This document shows, one piece after another, positions 30,053 to 40,209 of a DNA stretch of 64,000 bases. Under the pieces are notes generated by a model, which did no database searches, was not told where the DNA came from, and saw nothing but the letters and a program-made list of their open reading frames with translations. Location: NCBI GenBank assembly GCA_050506795.1, contig JBJHCF010000001.1:32001-96000 (forward strand), read 5' to 3'. The first letter of the stretch is position 1, and each line of letters opens with the position of its first letter. A program made the translations under genes and the position numbers. This stretch comes from Opitutia bacterium. GTDB lineage: Bacteria > Verrucomicrobiota > Verrucomicrobiia > Opitutales > T3Sed10-336.

Positions 30053-30844
30053 ATGACCAGCGAGGCGATTCATCCCACGGCCATAATTGAATCCGGCGCC
30101 CGGTTGGAGAAGGGTGTCACCGTTGGCGCTTATGCTTATATCGGAGTGTCGGTTCAGATCGGGGCGGGAACGCGTGTGGGACACCATGCGGTGGTGGAGG
30201 GGCGGACTTCGATTGGCCGGGATTGCGAGATCTTTCCCTATGCCTGCCTAGGCCTTAAGACACAGGACCTGAAATATCGCGGGGGAAATCCGGGGTTGCG
30301 GATCGGCGACCGCAATGTCTTCCGCGAATTCTGCACCATTCACGCGGCCACGTTCGATGGGGACTTCACTGTGATCGGTGACGACAACCTTTTCCTGGCC
30401 TATTCGCATGTGGCGCACGACTGTCTGATAGGAAACAACGTGATCATGAGCAACAACGCCACTCTGGCCGGTCACGTGCAGGTGGACGATCACGTCATTT
30501 TCGGCGGCTTGTCCGGCGCTCACCAGTTCTGCCGTATCGGGACGCGGGCCATGATAGGAGGGTGTTCCAAGATTGTGCAGGATGTTCCGCCGTATCTCAT
30601 TGCCGATGGCAATCCCGCTTTGATCCGCTCCTACAACAAAGTGGGTCTGGAGCGGGCCGGATACAGCCCGGAACAGATTTCCCGCATCAAAGAGGCGTAC
30701 CGGATTTTTTACCGCCGGGGCCTGAACCGGTCGCAAGCTGTGGAGGCCCTGCGAGCACAAGGTTTGGAGCAACACCCGGAAACCGAACGGTTTGTGGCGT
30801 TCGTCGTCCACAGCGAACGCGGGTTTGTTCCCGGCGCGAAATAA
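30053..30844 (+). CDS. lpxA: UDP-N-acetylglucosamine acyltransferase
   Basis: Hexapeptide repeats, QDLKY, HVAHDC, HQF. Confidence 0.96.
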   Translation: MTSEAIHPTAIIESGARLEKGVTVGAYAYIGVSVQIGAGTRVGHHAVVEGRTSIGRDCEIFPYACLGLKTQDLKYRGGNPGLRIGDRNVFREFCTIHAATFDGDFTVIGDDNLFLAYSHVAHDCLIGNNVIMSNNATLAGHVQVDDHVIFGGLSGAHQFCRIGTRAMIGGCSKIVQDVPPYLIADGNPALIRSYNKVGLERAGYSPEQISRIKEAYRIFYRRGLNRSQAVEALRAQGLEQHPETERFVAFVVHSERGFVPGAK

Positions 30845-30946
30845 CCCCAAAGATTGATTTTCCTCCGCGGGCGGGTAGGTTGGACGCTGTTTGTGTCCGC
30901 GCGACCACTTTCGGTGTCACTCGCGGGCGTACCTGAAACGTGAATT

Positions 30947-32470
30947 ATGGCAACGGAGAATATTATGGACGACGGACGAGATACGGGCGAGCAGGTAAAT
31001 AGGAGTTGGGCCGGTTACATCCGGCCGGTAGCGCTGATTCTGCTTCTGGCTTTGGTGGGTGGCACCGGATTTGTCTGGCTCTCCTCCTCCGGGGCCGATT
31101 CCTACCTTGACGACGTGGTCGAGGTGCAACGCGGCGATATGACCATCACGGTGACCGAAGCGGGCGTGTTGCGCAGCCGTGAACTCGTGACGGTGACCAA
31201 TCGGGTCGAAGGACGAAGCACGATTCTCTGGATTATAGATGAAGGCGCCTACGTCGAGGAGGGCGACCTTTTGGTCGAATTGGATGCCAGCGAGTGGGAG
31301 GATCGTCTGGTGGGTCAGGAGATTTCGGTCGATAACGCGGAGGCGAATTATATTCAGGCCGAGCAGGAACTGAAAGTGACGCGCAGCCGGGTCGAAAGTG
31401 AAATCGCGGAAGCGGAGTTGGCGGCGCGATTTGCCCGGATGGATCTCGAAGTCTACGTTGGGGATGAGGGCGAATACAACCAGACGGTGGAGCAGATGCG
31501 TTCCGATATCGACCTCGCACGCGAGGAACTGGTGCGTGCCGAGCAGGAATACGAAGATTCACGAATGTTGGCGGATCGTGGTTTCGTCACCGAACTGGAA
31601 ATGGAGGGTGACCGCATCGCCATGCAGCGGGCTCAGATTTCACTGGATCTTGCCGAAAGCGAATACCGTTTGTTTCAGGACTACACCCATGACCGCAATC
31701 TCCAGGAATTGGAGAGCGGGGTTCAGGAAACCGCCGAGAGTCTGGAACGAACCCGGTTGCGCGGTGAATCGGATATCATTCAGGCCGAGGCCAACTACCG
31801 GGCCCGACGGTTGCGGTTTGAACAGGAGCAGCGCCGGCTGGATCATATTAGCGATCAGATCGACAGAAGTCGCATGACGGCTCCGGTGGCCGGCATGGTG
31901 GTCTATGATTCAAGCGTCAATCCGGGCTGGCGCGGAAATCGTGAGCCTCTGGCTGAGGGCGATAGGGTCAGGCAACGGCGTGATCTCGTGCATATTCCGG
32001 CTTCCGACGGCATGATCGCCGATGTGTCGGTCCACGAATCCAGTTTAACCGAAATCGAGGTCAGCATGCCGGCGGCGGTGTATGTGGATGCCCGTCCCGG
32101 AGAACGTTTCGAGGGAAGAGTGACTCGTATCGCGCCGATTCCCGATGCCCAGAGCATTTGGCAAAATCCGGACCTGGTGGTGTATCAGACGCAGATTCAA
32201 GTGGATGCGGCGGGCCTGCGCACAGGAATGACCTGCCGCGTGGAGATTGTGGTGGCCGAGCTTGAGGACGTGATCAAGGTGCCCCTGAGCGCGGTGGCCG
32301 GTTCGGGGGATTATTATCAGGTGTGGGTTGCCACCGCTGAGGGGACGGAGATTCGACCGGTCGAAATCGGGAGCGATGACGGTGAGTACGTGCACATCGA
32401 ATCCGGACTCGAGGCCGGCGAGTTGATTCTCGCCGACCCTGTCGCCGCCCCCGCGGTGGCGCAATTATGA
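30947..32470 (+). CDS. Efflux transporter periplasmic adaptor (HlyD/MacA-like) with long coiled coil
   Basis: TM anchor, EGDLLVELD, APVAGMV, LRTGMT, GLEAGE. Confidence 0.85.
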   Translation: MATENIMDDGRDTGEQVNRSWAGYIRPVALILLLALVGGTGFVWLSSSGADSYLDDVVEVQRGDMTITVTEAGVLRSRELVTVTNRVEGRSTILWIIDEGAYVEEGDLLVELDASEWEDRLVGQEISVDNAEANYIQAEQELKVTRSRVESEIAEAELAARFARMDLEVYVGDEGEYNQTVEQMRSDIDLAREELVRAEQEYEDSRMLADRGFVTELEMEGDRIAMQRAQISLDLAESEYRLFQDYTHDRNLQELESGVQETAESLERTRLRGESDIIQAEANYRARRLRFEQEQRRLDHISDQIDRSRMTAPVAGMVVYDSSVNPGWRGNREPLAEGDRVRQRRDLVHIPASDGMIADVSVHESSLTEIEVSMPAAVYVDARPGERFEGRVTRIAPIPDAQSIWQNPDLVVYQTQIQVDAAGLRTGMTCRVEIVVAELEDVIKVPLSAVAGSGDYYQVWVATAEGTEIRPVEIGSDDGEYVHIESGLEAGELILADPVAAPAVAQL

Positions 32471-32477
32471 TCCTCCC

Positions 32478-33668
32478 TCAAAACCGGTGCCTCACTGGTC
32501 CGAGACTTACAATTGAGATGCCGATGAGAATCGCCGCGAACCACGCCACGGTGGTGGGAGCGTAGAGAGCGATTAGGTAAAACCCGAGAAAGGGAGCCAG
32601 AACGCCTCGTATGCCGGTGGTGAAGGTGTGCACGCTCATGTAGTCGGCCGCTTTGCCTTCGGGGGCGAGTTTGGTCACCCACAGGTTCCAGGCGATGTGG
32701 CCGCCGGCCGCACCGATGCCGAAAATGGCGGAGGCGATTCCGAGCACAATCAGATTCTGGGAGTTGAAAAAGAGGAGTATCGCCACCAGGAAACAGCCGT
32801 TCAGCAGGGTGCGTATTACGATGAAGTTGATACGGTCAAAAAGGTAACCCCACATATGGGTGGTCAGCAGGCGCGAGACCGACGGGATAACCGCAGTCAT
32901 CAGCGCGATCTGGGCATTGGTGGCGTTTATCCCGAAACGGGGTTGCGCCATGTACTCCACTCGCAGCGGCAACGTCATGAGATTTCCGATGCCCATCAAC
33001 ATCCAGATCAGGAGCATCCAGCCGAAAACCTTGTCCGTCCAGGCCAGGCTGAGATTGCCGAATGGGTTGCGTGACGCCTGGGCGGTGAGCGGATTGGAGG
33101 GCATGCGAGAAACCGCCCAGGCGGACACCAGACACGCGACCGCGAGGACCAGCATGATGTAGGAGTAGTTGTTCAGATCCGCATCCAGCATACGTCCGCC
33201 GGCATAGGCGAACAGGGCGGACGCCAGGACGGCGATAAAGATGCTGTTGGACAGCAGGGAGCCTCGCCGGCTCGGGTGGTAGTTGTCGGAATAAATGTGA
33301 ACCATGAACGGCACCTGCTGATGCAGAAGGAGGTACCCGAGCACCGTAGCCACGACAAAGACGTACAGATTGCCCGTCCAGGCCGACACCAGCAAGGCGG
33401 TGCAGGCAAGGGTCAGAAAGAAACCCGCGGCCCGGGCCGCGGGCGTACGCAAACGTGAGACGAGATAGAGGCTGACCGGAGTCAGCAGCAACCCGTAGGG
33501 TCCGGCGCCGGCCAGGAGTGATTTCATGATCGGAGAAGCGTCGAAGACCCGCACCGCGATGAGCAGGACAAAGGTTTGCATTCCGGCTTCGAGAAACCCC
33601 TGGCAACCGCCCCGGACCAGATCGTACCGAAAGGTCAGTTGCGCCCGCCTCTTACGATCGTCCTCCAT
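32478..33668 (-). CDS. MFS transporter
   Basis: About 12 hydrophobic segments, WGYLFDR loop. Confidence 0.85.
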   Translation of the reverse strand: MEDDRKRRAQLTFRYDLVRGGCQGFLEAGMQTFVLLIAVRVFDASPIMKSLLAGAGPYGLLLTPVSLYLVSRLRTPAARAAGFFLTLACTALLVSAWTGNLYVFVVATVLGYLLLHQQVPFMVHIYSDNYHPSRRGSLLSNSIFIAVLASALFAYAGGRMLDADLNNYSYIMLVLAVACLVSAWAVSRMPSNPLTAQASRNPFGNLSLAWTDKVFGWMLLIWMLMGIGNLMTLPLRVEYMAQPRFGINATNAQIALMTAVIPSVSRLLTTHMWGYLFDRINFIVIRTLLNGCFLVAILLFFNSQNLIVLGIASAIFGIGAAGGHIAWNLWVTKLAPEGKAADYMSVHTFTTGIRGVLAPFLGFYLIALYAPTTVAWFAAILIGISIVSLGPVRHRF

Positions 33669-33827
33669 GTGGTGAGCAAACCGGGAAAGAGCGCGATGGA
33701 AAAGGAAAAAGGTGTTTTATCCGTACCAGGGAATGCCCGGGGCGACAATCGAGGCATGGTATTTAACAATAGATGCCCGGACGCGAATGGTATCCCGGAG
33801 TAAAGTTGAAAATCTGAATTACCCGAT

Positions 33828-34172
33828 ATGCACGAAGTCAGTCTCATGGCGCAGATGCTTGAAATCGCGCGCTCCGAAGCGGCCAACGCCGGAGCCAGGA
33901 GGATCGACTTGATCCAGATTCGGGCCGGGGCGCTTTCGGGTGTCGTTCCGGAGGCGCTTCGCTTCGCTTTCGAGGTTCTGCGCGGCTCCGATGCGGTCAC
34001 CGCCGGAGCCCGCATCGAAATCGAACCGGTGGCGGTCCGCTGCCGCTGTCGAACCTGCGGACGGGAATTCGAGCCGTCCGACGCGGTTTTCGTTTGTCCG
34101 GACTGCGAGAGTCCGGATGCGGAAATCCTTTCCGGCCGCGAATTGGAATTGACTCGGATGGAAGTCCTTTAA
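33828..34172 (+). CDS. hypA: Hydrogenase maturation nickel metallochaperone HypA
   Basis: MHE N-terminus, two CxxC, GREL. Confidence 0.95.
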   Translation: MHEVSLMAQMLEIARSEAANAGARRIDLIQIRAGALSGVVPEALRFAFEVLRGSDAVTAGARIEIEPVAVRCRCRTCGREFEPSDAVFVCPDCESPDAEILSGRELELTRMEVL

Positions 34173-34203
34173 CCCCAGATCCAACGGCGAACTCAGGAGT
34201 TTT

Positions 34204-35067
34204 ATGTGTGAATCGTGCGGCTGTAACCGGGAAGAAGATTTTGGGTTGTCCACCGGTAAGGAGGGCGGAACTGGGTTTCACGTTCATCGAAACGCGGACG
34301 GGCACCTGCACGTTCATCGGCACCAGCCCGGGGAACACGCCGGACCGAACCCGGAAGACGGCGGTCACACCGCGTCCACCCGCCGGGTGGAGGTTCGTCA
34401 GTCGGTGCTGTCCGCCAACGATCGGCAGGCGGAAAGGAATCGCGGATTTTTCCAGGCCAGGAACGTTCGGGTTCTCAACCTGATGTCGTCACCTGGTGCG
34501 GGCAAGACCACCTTGCTGGAACGGACGTTGCGGGATTTGTCGGGGTTCGTTCGCATGGCGGTTATTGTCGGCGATCTGGCGACCGAGAACGATGCCCGGC
34601 GTCTGCGGGAGCACGGCGCCGAAGTGATACAGGTGACCACCGGAACGTTGTGTCACCTCGATGCCGGCATGGTTCGTTCGGCATTGGACGCGATTGACCT
34701 GGATAAGGTGGACCTCCTGTTGATTGAGAACGTGGGTAACCTCGTTTGCCCCGCTTCCTTCGATCTGGGAGAGTCCGGCCGGGTGGTTTTGCTGTCGGTG
34801 ACCGAAGGGGAGGACAAACCGTTGAAATACCCGCCGATTTTCAAGGCCGCCGACCTGGTGGTTCTGACGAAAACCGATCTACAGGAGGCGGCGGGCTATG
34901 ACCGCGACCTCGCCTTGGAGACCCTGCGAAGCGTGGCTCCGCAGGCTCGAGTTATCGAGGTTTCCGCTCGCAGCGGAGACGGCTTGGAGGATTGGGGACG
35001 GTATATCGCGGAGGAGACGAGGGTGTATGAAAACCTCAGGAAAGGCGTCCAGAGTTGTGGAGAGTAG
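34204..35067 (+). CDS. hypB: Hydrogenase nickel incorporation GTPase HypB
   Basis: CESCGC, His-rich region, PGAGKT, CH, ENVGNLVCP, KPLKYP. Confidence 0.96.
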   Translation: MCESCGCNREEDFGLSTGKEGGTGFHVHRNADGHLHVHRHQPGEHAGPNPEDGGHTASTRRVEVRQSVLSANDRQAERNRGFFQARNVRVLNLMSSPGAGKTTLLERTLRDLSGFVRMAVIVGDLATENDARRLREHGAEVIQVTTGTLCHLDAGMVRSALDAIDLDKVDLLLIENVGNLVCPASFDLGESGRVVLLSVTEGEDKPLKYPPIFKAADLVVLTKTDLQEAAGYDRDLALETLRSVAPQARVIEVSARSGDGLEDWGRYIAEETRVYENLRKGVQSCGE

Positions 35068-37414
35068 CTTTCCGGACGAAACTTCCTTGGTGGAACTCCG
35101 GTGCCGGGTGCGCGGTGTTGTTCAGGGTGTGGGATTTCGACCGTTTGCCTACCGTTTGGCCGGTCGTTTTGGTGTTCTGGGTTGGGTGGGAAATGATCCC
35201 GGAGGTGTGAGGCTGCGGCTGTACGCGACGAATGAGCGGCTGCAATGGTTTCAGAAAGCACTTGTCAGCGAAGCGCCTCCGGGAGCACGGGTGGATGGCC
35301 TCGAAACGGTGGATGGCGTGGATGGTCTTTGGCCTCCGCTTCCGGATGAAAGGTTTGTTATATTGCCGAGCGATAGCAGCGTTCCGATAGAGACGGAACT
35401 GCCACCCGACCTCGCGGTTTGCGGGGACTGTCTTCGCGAAATGCGGGATCCTTCGGATCGGAGGTACCGTTATCCGTTTATCAGTTGCGCCCATTGCGGT
35501 CCCCGTTATTCCATCATCGAAAACATTCCTTATGATCGCGATCAGACGACCATGCGGGGTTTTGTGATGTGTCAGGAGTGTCGTGCGGAATACGAGGACC
35601 CCGCCGACCGCCGTTTCCACGCCCAGCCAATTGCGTGTCCGCATTGCGGACCGAGTTTGAGCTACCACGAAGGTATGGAAAACCCGGTCCGTCATGGCGA
35701 ACCCGCGTTGCGGGGCGCGGTCGATTGTTTGCGGGCCGGCGGTATTATTGCGGTAAAGGGGGTGGGCGGATTCCACCTGATGTGTGATCCGGGCAACGAT
35801 GAAGCGGTCGCTGCCCTGCGTGCGAGAAAGGGCCGGGAGGAGAAACCGTTTGCGCTGATGGCGCCTTCTCGCCTGGCTGCGCGGCGGCTTTGCCGTTTTT
35901 CTCCCGTGGAAGAAACCGTGCTGACTTCGGTGCGGGCGCCGATCGTGCTTGCCGTTCGACAGCCGGATTCGGTGTACCGAATCAGCGACCTGGTGGCGCC
36001 TAAGAATCAGCTTTACGGGGTGATGTTGCCGTATTCCCCCCTGCACCACCTGATTGTTGATTCCTGGCTTGGCTTCCTGGTGGCTACCAGCGGGAATCTT
36101 TCCGAGGAACCGATTTGTATCGACAATGCCGATGCGATGAGGCGTCTGGCGGGAATCGCAGATGGCTTTCTCATGCACAACCGTCCGATCGCGCGCCCGT
36201 TGGACGATTCCGTGGTGCGGGTCATGCGAAATGAGCCGGTAATTCTTCGTCGGGCCCGGGGTTACGCACCGGGCTCGGCGCCGGCTCAGTCCCGGTTGCC
36301 TTCTCTTCTGGCGACCGGCGGTCAGCTCAAGAACACTTTGGCGGTGACGGCCGGAGGCCGGATGTTTCCCAGCCAGCATATCGGCGACCTTTCCACTCGC
36401 GAGGCCCGTGCCTTGTTCGAGGAAGAGGCTTCCAGTTTGTCGCGGCTATACGCGGTTAAGCCGGAGGCAGTCGCCTGTGATCTTCATCCAGAATACGCCT
36501 CGACCCTCTGGGCGGAGCGTCAGGGGCTGCCGGTGGTGCGGGTCCAGCATCACCGGGCCCATGTGCTTTCCTGTATCAGCGACAACAAACTGTCGGGTTC
36601 AGTACTGGGAGTCGCCTGGGATGGGTCCGGGTACGGGCCGGATGGGGTCATTTGGGGAGGGGAGTGGCTGCAATGCGCGGCCGGGAGTTCCAGCTGGCGC
36701 CGGGTGGCTTGTTTTCGTGAGTTCCTTTTGCCGGGTGGAGACGCCGCTATTCGGCGCCCGGCGTTGAGCGCGCTCGGTTTGCTCTGGGAGGCCTATGGCA
36801 ACCGCTCGTTTCCCGGCGACACTTTAGGCGAGCGACTGGGAATAGGAGAACGGGAAATGGGAATTCTGGTGAAAATGCTGTCACGACGCCTTCGGACACC
36901 CGCGACCACCAGCGCCGGACGGTTGTTCGATGGCGTCGCCGCGCTGCTGGGAATGGAAACCACGATTTCCTACGAGGGGCAGGCGGCAATGAGGGTGGAA
37001 GAGTTGGCCGGTCGGTCCGCGGACGGCGGCGAATATCCGTTCGATTGTCTGACCGCCGCGCGCAATGGTAATCCGGAGATCTATCCGGAACTGGTGGTGG
37101 ATTGGATTCCCATGCTGCGGGCGATCCTGAGGGAAATCGATCGCAACGTACCGAGGGCGACCGTTGCGCGCAGGTTTCACAATACGCTCGCGCGGATGAT
37201 CGCCGTGGTCGCCAGAAAGAGACCGGACCTTCCAGTCGTGCTCACCGGAGGTTGTTTCCAGAACAAGCTTTTATACGAAAGCACGGCTGCGCTACTCGAG
37301 AAAGAAGGCATCGCCGTTTACGGCCACCGCGACATTCCGCCCAACGATGGAGGCCTTTCGACCGGCCAGCTTCTGGCCGCCGCCGGCCTTACGCCCGACA
37401 ACTTGCCATCCTGA
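35027..37414 (+). CDS. hypF: Carbamoyltransferase HypF (start uncertain)
   Basis: VQGVGFRPF acylphosphatase motif, zinc fingers, HHRAH, PPNDGGLS. Confidence 0.95.
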   Translation: MKTSGKASRVVESSFPDETSLVELRCRVRGVVQGVGFRPFAYRLAGRFGVLGWVGNDPGGVRLRLYATNERLQWFQKALVSEAPPGARVDGLETVDGVDGLWPPLPDERFVILPSDSSVPIETELPPDLAVCGDCLREMRDPSDRRYRYPFISCAHCGPRYSIIENIPYDRDQTTMRGFVMCQECRAEYEDPADRRFHAQPIACPHCGPSLSYHEGMENPVRHGEPALRGAVDCLRAGGIIAVKGVGGFHLMCDPGNDEAVAALRARKGREEKPFALMAPSRLAARRLCRFSPVEETVLTSVRAPIVLAVRQPDSVYRISDLVAPKNQLYGVMLPYSPLHHLIVDSWLGFLVATSGNLSEEPICIDNADAMRRLAGIADGFLMHNRPIARPLDDSVVRVMRNEPVILRRARGYAPGSAPAQSRLPSLLATGGQLKNTLAVTAGGRMFPSQHIGDLSTREARALFEEEASSLSRLYAVKPEAVACDLHPEYASTLWAERQGLPVVRVQHHRAHVLSCISDNKLSGSVLGVAWDGSGYGPDGVIWGGEWLQCAAGSSSWRRVACFREFLLPGGDAAIRRPALSALGLLWEAYGNRSFPGDTLGERLGIGEREMGILVKMLSRRLRTPATTSAGRLFDGVAALLGMETTISYEGQAAMRVEELAGRSADGGEYPFDCLTAARNGNPEIYPELVVDWIPMLRAILREIDRNVPRATVARRFHNTLARMIAVVARKRPDLPVVLTGGCFQNKLLYESTAALLEKEGIAVYGHRDIPPNDGGLSTGQLLAAAGLTPDNLPS

Positions 37415-37451
37415 TGACGTCATGATCTTATAAACTCAACCCTTGCCATCA

Positions 37452-37712
37452 ATGTGCCTCGCGATTCCAGGAAAAGTTCTCTCGATCTCCGGTGAGACGC
37501 CGTTTGATTTGAAAGGCCGCGTCAGCTTCGGAGGATTGATCAAAGAGGTCAGCCTGGCCTGTGTTCCCGATGTTCTCCCGGGCGAGTACGTCATCGTTCA
37601 TGTCGGTTTCGCTTTGAGCAAGCTCGACGAGCAGGAGGCGCGGCGCGTTTTCGCCTACCTGGAGGAAAATGAGGACCTCGACGAACTGAATGCGGGAGAG
37701 GAGGCGCCTTGA
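37452..37712 (+). CDS. hypC: Hydrogenase assembly chaperone HypC
   Basis: MCLAIPG, VHVGFA. Confidence 0.96.
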   Translation: MCLAIPGKVLSISGETPFDLKGRVSFGGLIKEVSLACVPDVLPGEYVIVHVGFALSKLDEQEARRVFAYLEENEDLDELNAGEEAP

Positions 37713-38821
37713 AGTATATCGATGAATACCGTGATGCCGCCGACGCCAAACGCCTGGCTGAAGCGATCGAGAGTATTGTCACCCGGCCGTGGAATATCAT
37801 GGAGGTGTGCGGCGGGCAGACCCACGCCATTATTCGGTTTGGGGTGGAGCGGCTTCTGCCGAAGGAGGTCAACCTGATCCATGGCCCCGGTTGCCCGGTT
37901 TGTGTGACGCCTCTGGAGCTGATTGATCGCGCCATCGAGCTGGCCCGGCGTCCCGAGGTGACTCTTTGCTCCTTCGGAGACATGCTCCGGGTTCCCGGCT
38001 CGGAATGCGATCTCCTGACGGTTAAAGCGGACGGCGGCCAGGTGAAGGTGGTCTATTCTCCCCTGGACGCCCTGGAATTCGCCCGGGCGAACCCGAATCG
38101 GGAAGTGGTTTTTTTCGCGGTGGGATTTGAAACCACCGCCCCCGCCAACGCCTTTGCTGTGTTTCAGGCGAAACGGCTGCAGGTGCCGAATTTTTCCCTG
38201 CTGGTTTCCCACGTGCTGGTTCCTCCAGCCATGGAGGCGATCTTAGGATCGGCCGAGAATCGCGTTCAGGGTTTCCTCGGCGCCGGGCATGTCTGCACCG
38301 TAATGGGTCTCGAAGAATACCGGCCGTTGGCCGAACGGTATAGGGTTCCGATTGTGGTGACCGGTTTTGAGCCGATCGATATCCTGCAGGGCATCTTCAT
38401 GTGTGTGAAACAACTGGAGGAGGGCAGGGCGGTAGTGGAAAATCAATACGCCCGCTCGGTGCGGCCGCAGGGGAATCCGCACGCGGTGGAACTGATACAG
38501 GAGGTGTTCGAACCCGGTCCACGCCAGTGGCGGGGAATCGGAGAAATTCCCCTGAGCGGACTACATTTGCGAGCGCCTTACCGGGAATTCGATGCCGAGC
38601 GGCGGTTCACTTTGCAAAACCGCACCAGCGAGGAACCATCCGAATGTATCAGCGGCCTGGTTCTGCAGGGACGAAAGAAACCATTTGAATGCCCGGCCTT
38701 TGGCACGCGCTGCACTCCGGAGCGTCCGCTGGGTGCTCCCATGGTCTCGGCGGAAGGCGCCTGCGCGGCTTATTATCGGTATCGAACTGTTGGTGACACG
38801 GGGGAGGCGGTGAATTCATGA
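37709..38821 (+). CDS. hypD: Hydrogenase formation protein HypD
   Basis: [31 protein letters not shown]. Confidence 0.96.
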   Translation: MKYIDEYRDAADAKRLAEAIESIVTRPWNIMEVCGGQTHAIIRFGVERLLPKEVNLIHGPGCPVCVTPLELIDRAIELARRPEVTLCSFGDMLRVPGSECDLLTVKADGGQVKVVYSPLDALEFARANPNREVVFFAVGFETTAPANAFAVFQAKRLQVPNFSLLVSHVLVPPAMEAILGSAENRVQGFLGAGHVCTVMGLEEYRPLAERYRVPIVVTGFEPIDILQGIFMCVKQLEEGRAVVENQYARSVRPQGNPHAVELIQEVFEPGPRQWRGIGEIPLSGLHLRAPYREFDAERRFTLQNRTSEEPSECISGLVLQGRKKPFECPAFGTRCTPERPLGAPMVSAEGACAAYYRYRTVGDTGEAVNS

Positions 38822-39912
38822 GTGATTCCTCCGGCAAACCTTCTGGAACTCAAGGGAGCCTTCCGGAGAGCGGGGTCACCTGTCCGGTTCCGCTTTCCAA
38901 ATGGAGCGCGGTACAGATGGCCCATGGAGGCGGGGGGCGCGTTTCCCGGGAGTTGATGGAGAGTCTCTTTCTTCCGGCGTTTTCCAATCCGGCGCTGGAT
39001 ATTCTGCATGACGGCGCCCTGCTCACTTTGGGCGCGGAGCGGTTGGCTTTCACTACCGACTCCCACGTGGTCAGTCCATTGTTTTTTCCCGGCGGCGACA
39101 TCGGCAAACTGGCGGTTTGCGGCACGGTGAACGACCTGGCGATGTGTGGTGCGCGCCCGCTCTGGCTGAGCGCCGGATTTATCATGGAGGAAGGTTTGCC
39201 CATGGAGACCCTGAAAAGGGTGGTGGATTCCATGCGCGAAGCAGCGGCTGAGTCCGGGGTTCAACTGGTCACGGGGGATACCAAGGTGGTCGATCGAGGG
39301 AAGGGAGACGGACTGTTTATCAACACCGCCGGTATCGGTCGGATCGAGGGCCGGGGTGTCTCGCCCGGTGAGATTCGGTCGGGAGACGTGATTCTGCTCA
39401 GCGGCGACCTGGCGCGGCACGGCATCGCCGTTATGGCTCAGCGCGAGGATCTGGCTTTTGAGGGCGATATCGAAAGCGATTGCGCGTCGCTCGTGGACCC
39501 GGTGATGGCCCTGCTGGAAGCGGAGATTGAAGTCCATTGCCTGCGTGATCTCACGCGAGGAGGGCTGGCGACGGCCCTGGTGGAATTGGCCCGCTCGGCC
39601 GGATGGCAGTTTCGCATCCGCGAAGGGCTGTTGCCGGTGCAGGAAACCATTCGCGGCGCCTGCGAAATTTTGGGACTGGACCCGCTTTACGTGGCGAACG
39701 AAGGCCGTTTCGTGGCCATTCTTTCCGAACACCACGCGGCGCGTGCCCTGGAGATCCTGCGGACCTTTGCCACCACAGCCGGCGCGCGAATCATCGGACA
39801 GGTGCACAGCTTGTCGAAAAACGCCTCCGGCGGGGTCACTCTGACCAGCTCAATCGGAGTCGACCGGGTGGTCGACTTTCTCAGCGGCGAGCAGCTGCCC
39901 CGGATCTGCTGA
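38818..39912 (+). CDS. hypE: Carbamoyl dehydratase HypE
   Basis: AHGGGG, DLTRGG, C-terminal LPRIC. Confidence 0.96.
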   Translation: MSDSSGKPSGTQGSLPESGVTCPVPLSKWSAVQMAHGGGGRVSRELMESLFLPAFSNPALDILHDGALLTLGAERLAFTTDSHVVSPLFFPGGDIGKLAVCGTVNDLAMCGARPLWLSAGFIMEEGLPMETLKRVVDSMREAAAESGVQLVTGDTKVVDRGKGDGLFINTAGIGRIEGRGVSPGEIRSGDVILLSGDLARHGIAVMAQREDLAFEGDIESDCASLVDPVMALLEAEIEVHCLRDLTRGGLATALVELARSAGWQFRIREGLLPVQETIRGACEILGLDPLYVANEGRFVAILSEHHAARALEILRTFATTAGARIIGQVHSLSKNASGGVTLTSSIGVDRVVDFLSGEQLPRIC

Positions 39913-40100
39913 TAGGGCGATAAGGGGATAGGCGATAGACGATAGGGGGATAGGCGATAGACGATAGGGCGATAGACGATAGACGATAGGGCGATAGACG
40001 ATAGACGATAGGGGGATAGGCGATAGACGATAGGGGGATAGGCGATAGACGATAGGGGGATAGGCGATAGACGATAGGGCGATAGACGATAGGCGATAGA
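39911..40100 (+). repeat. Tandem array of 26 GATAG-core 7/8-nt units with a 22-nt (8+7+7) higher-order period
   Basis: Units GATAGGC, GATAGAC, GATAGGGG, GATAGGGC (one GATAAGGG) counted directly. Confidence 0.97.
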
Positions 40101-40169
40101 ATCACCGGCAACCAATGTCTCTTCTTACCTTTCCACCCAGCTGCTCCAGATACGTCCTTTGTCCACTAA

Positions 40170-40209
40170 TATCGTCTATCGCCTATCCCCCTATCGCCTA
40201 TCGCCTATC
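40170..40209 (-). repeat. Inverted short copy of the GATAG array (5 units plus a partial one)
   Basis: Reverse complement reads GATAGGC GATAGGC GATAGGGG GATAGGC GATAGAC GATA; overlaps the four-helix gene stop. Confidence 0.95.

Noticed and set aside
39687..40115. ORFs with repeated YRLSP/IAYPP peptides
   Set aside because: They are translations of the DNA repeat and run antisense to hypE.
39911..40209. CRISPR array
   Set aside because: Units are 7-8 nt with no unique spacers, and there are no cas genes.
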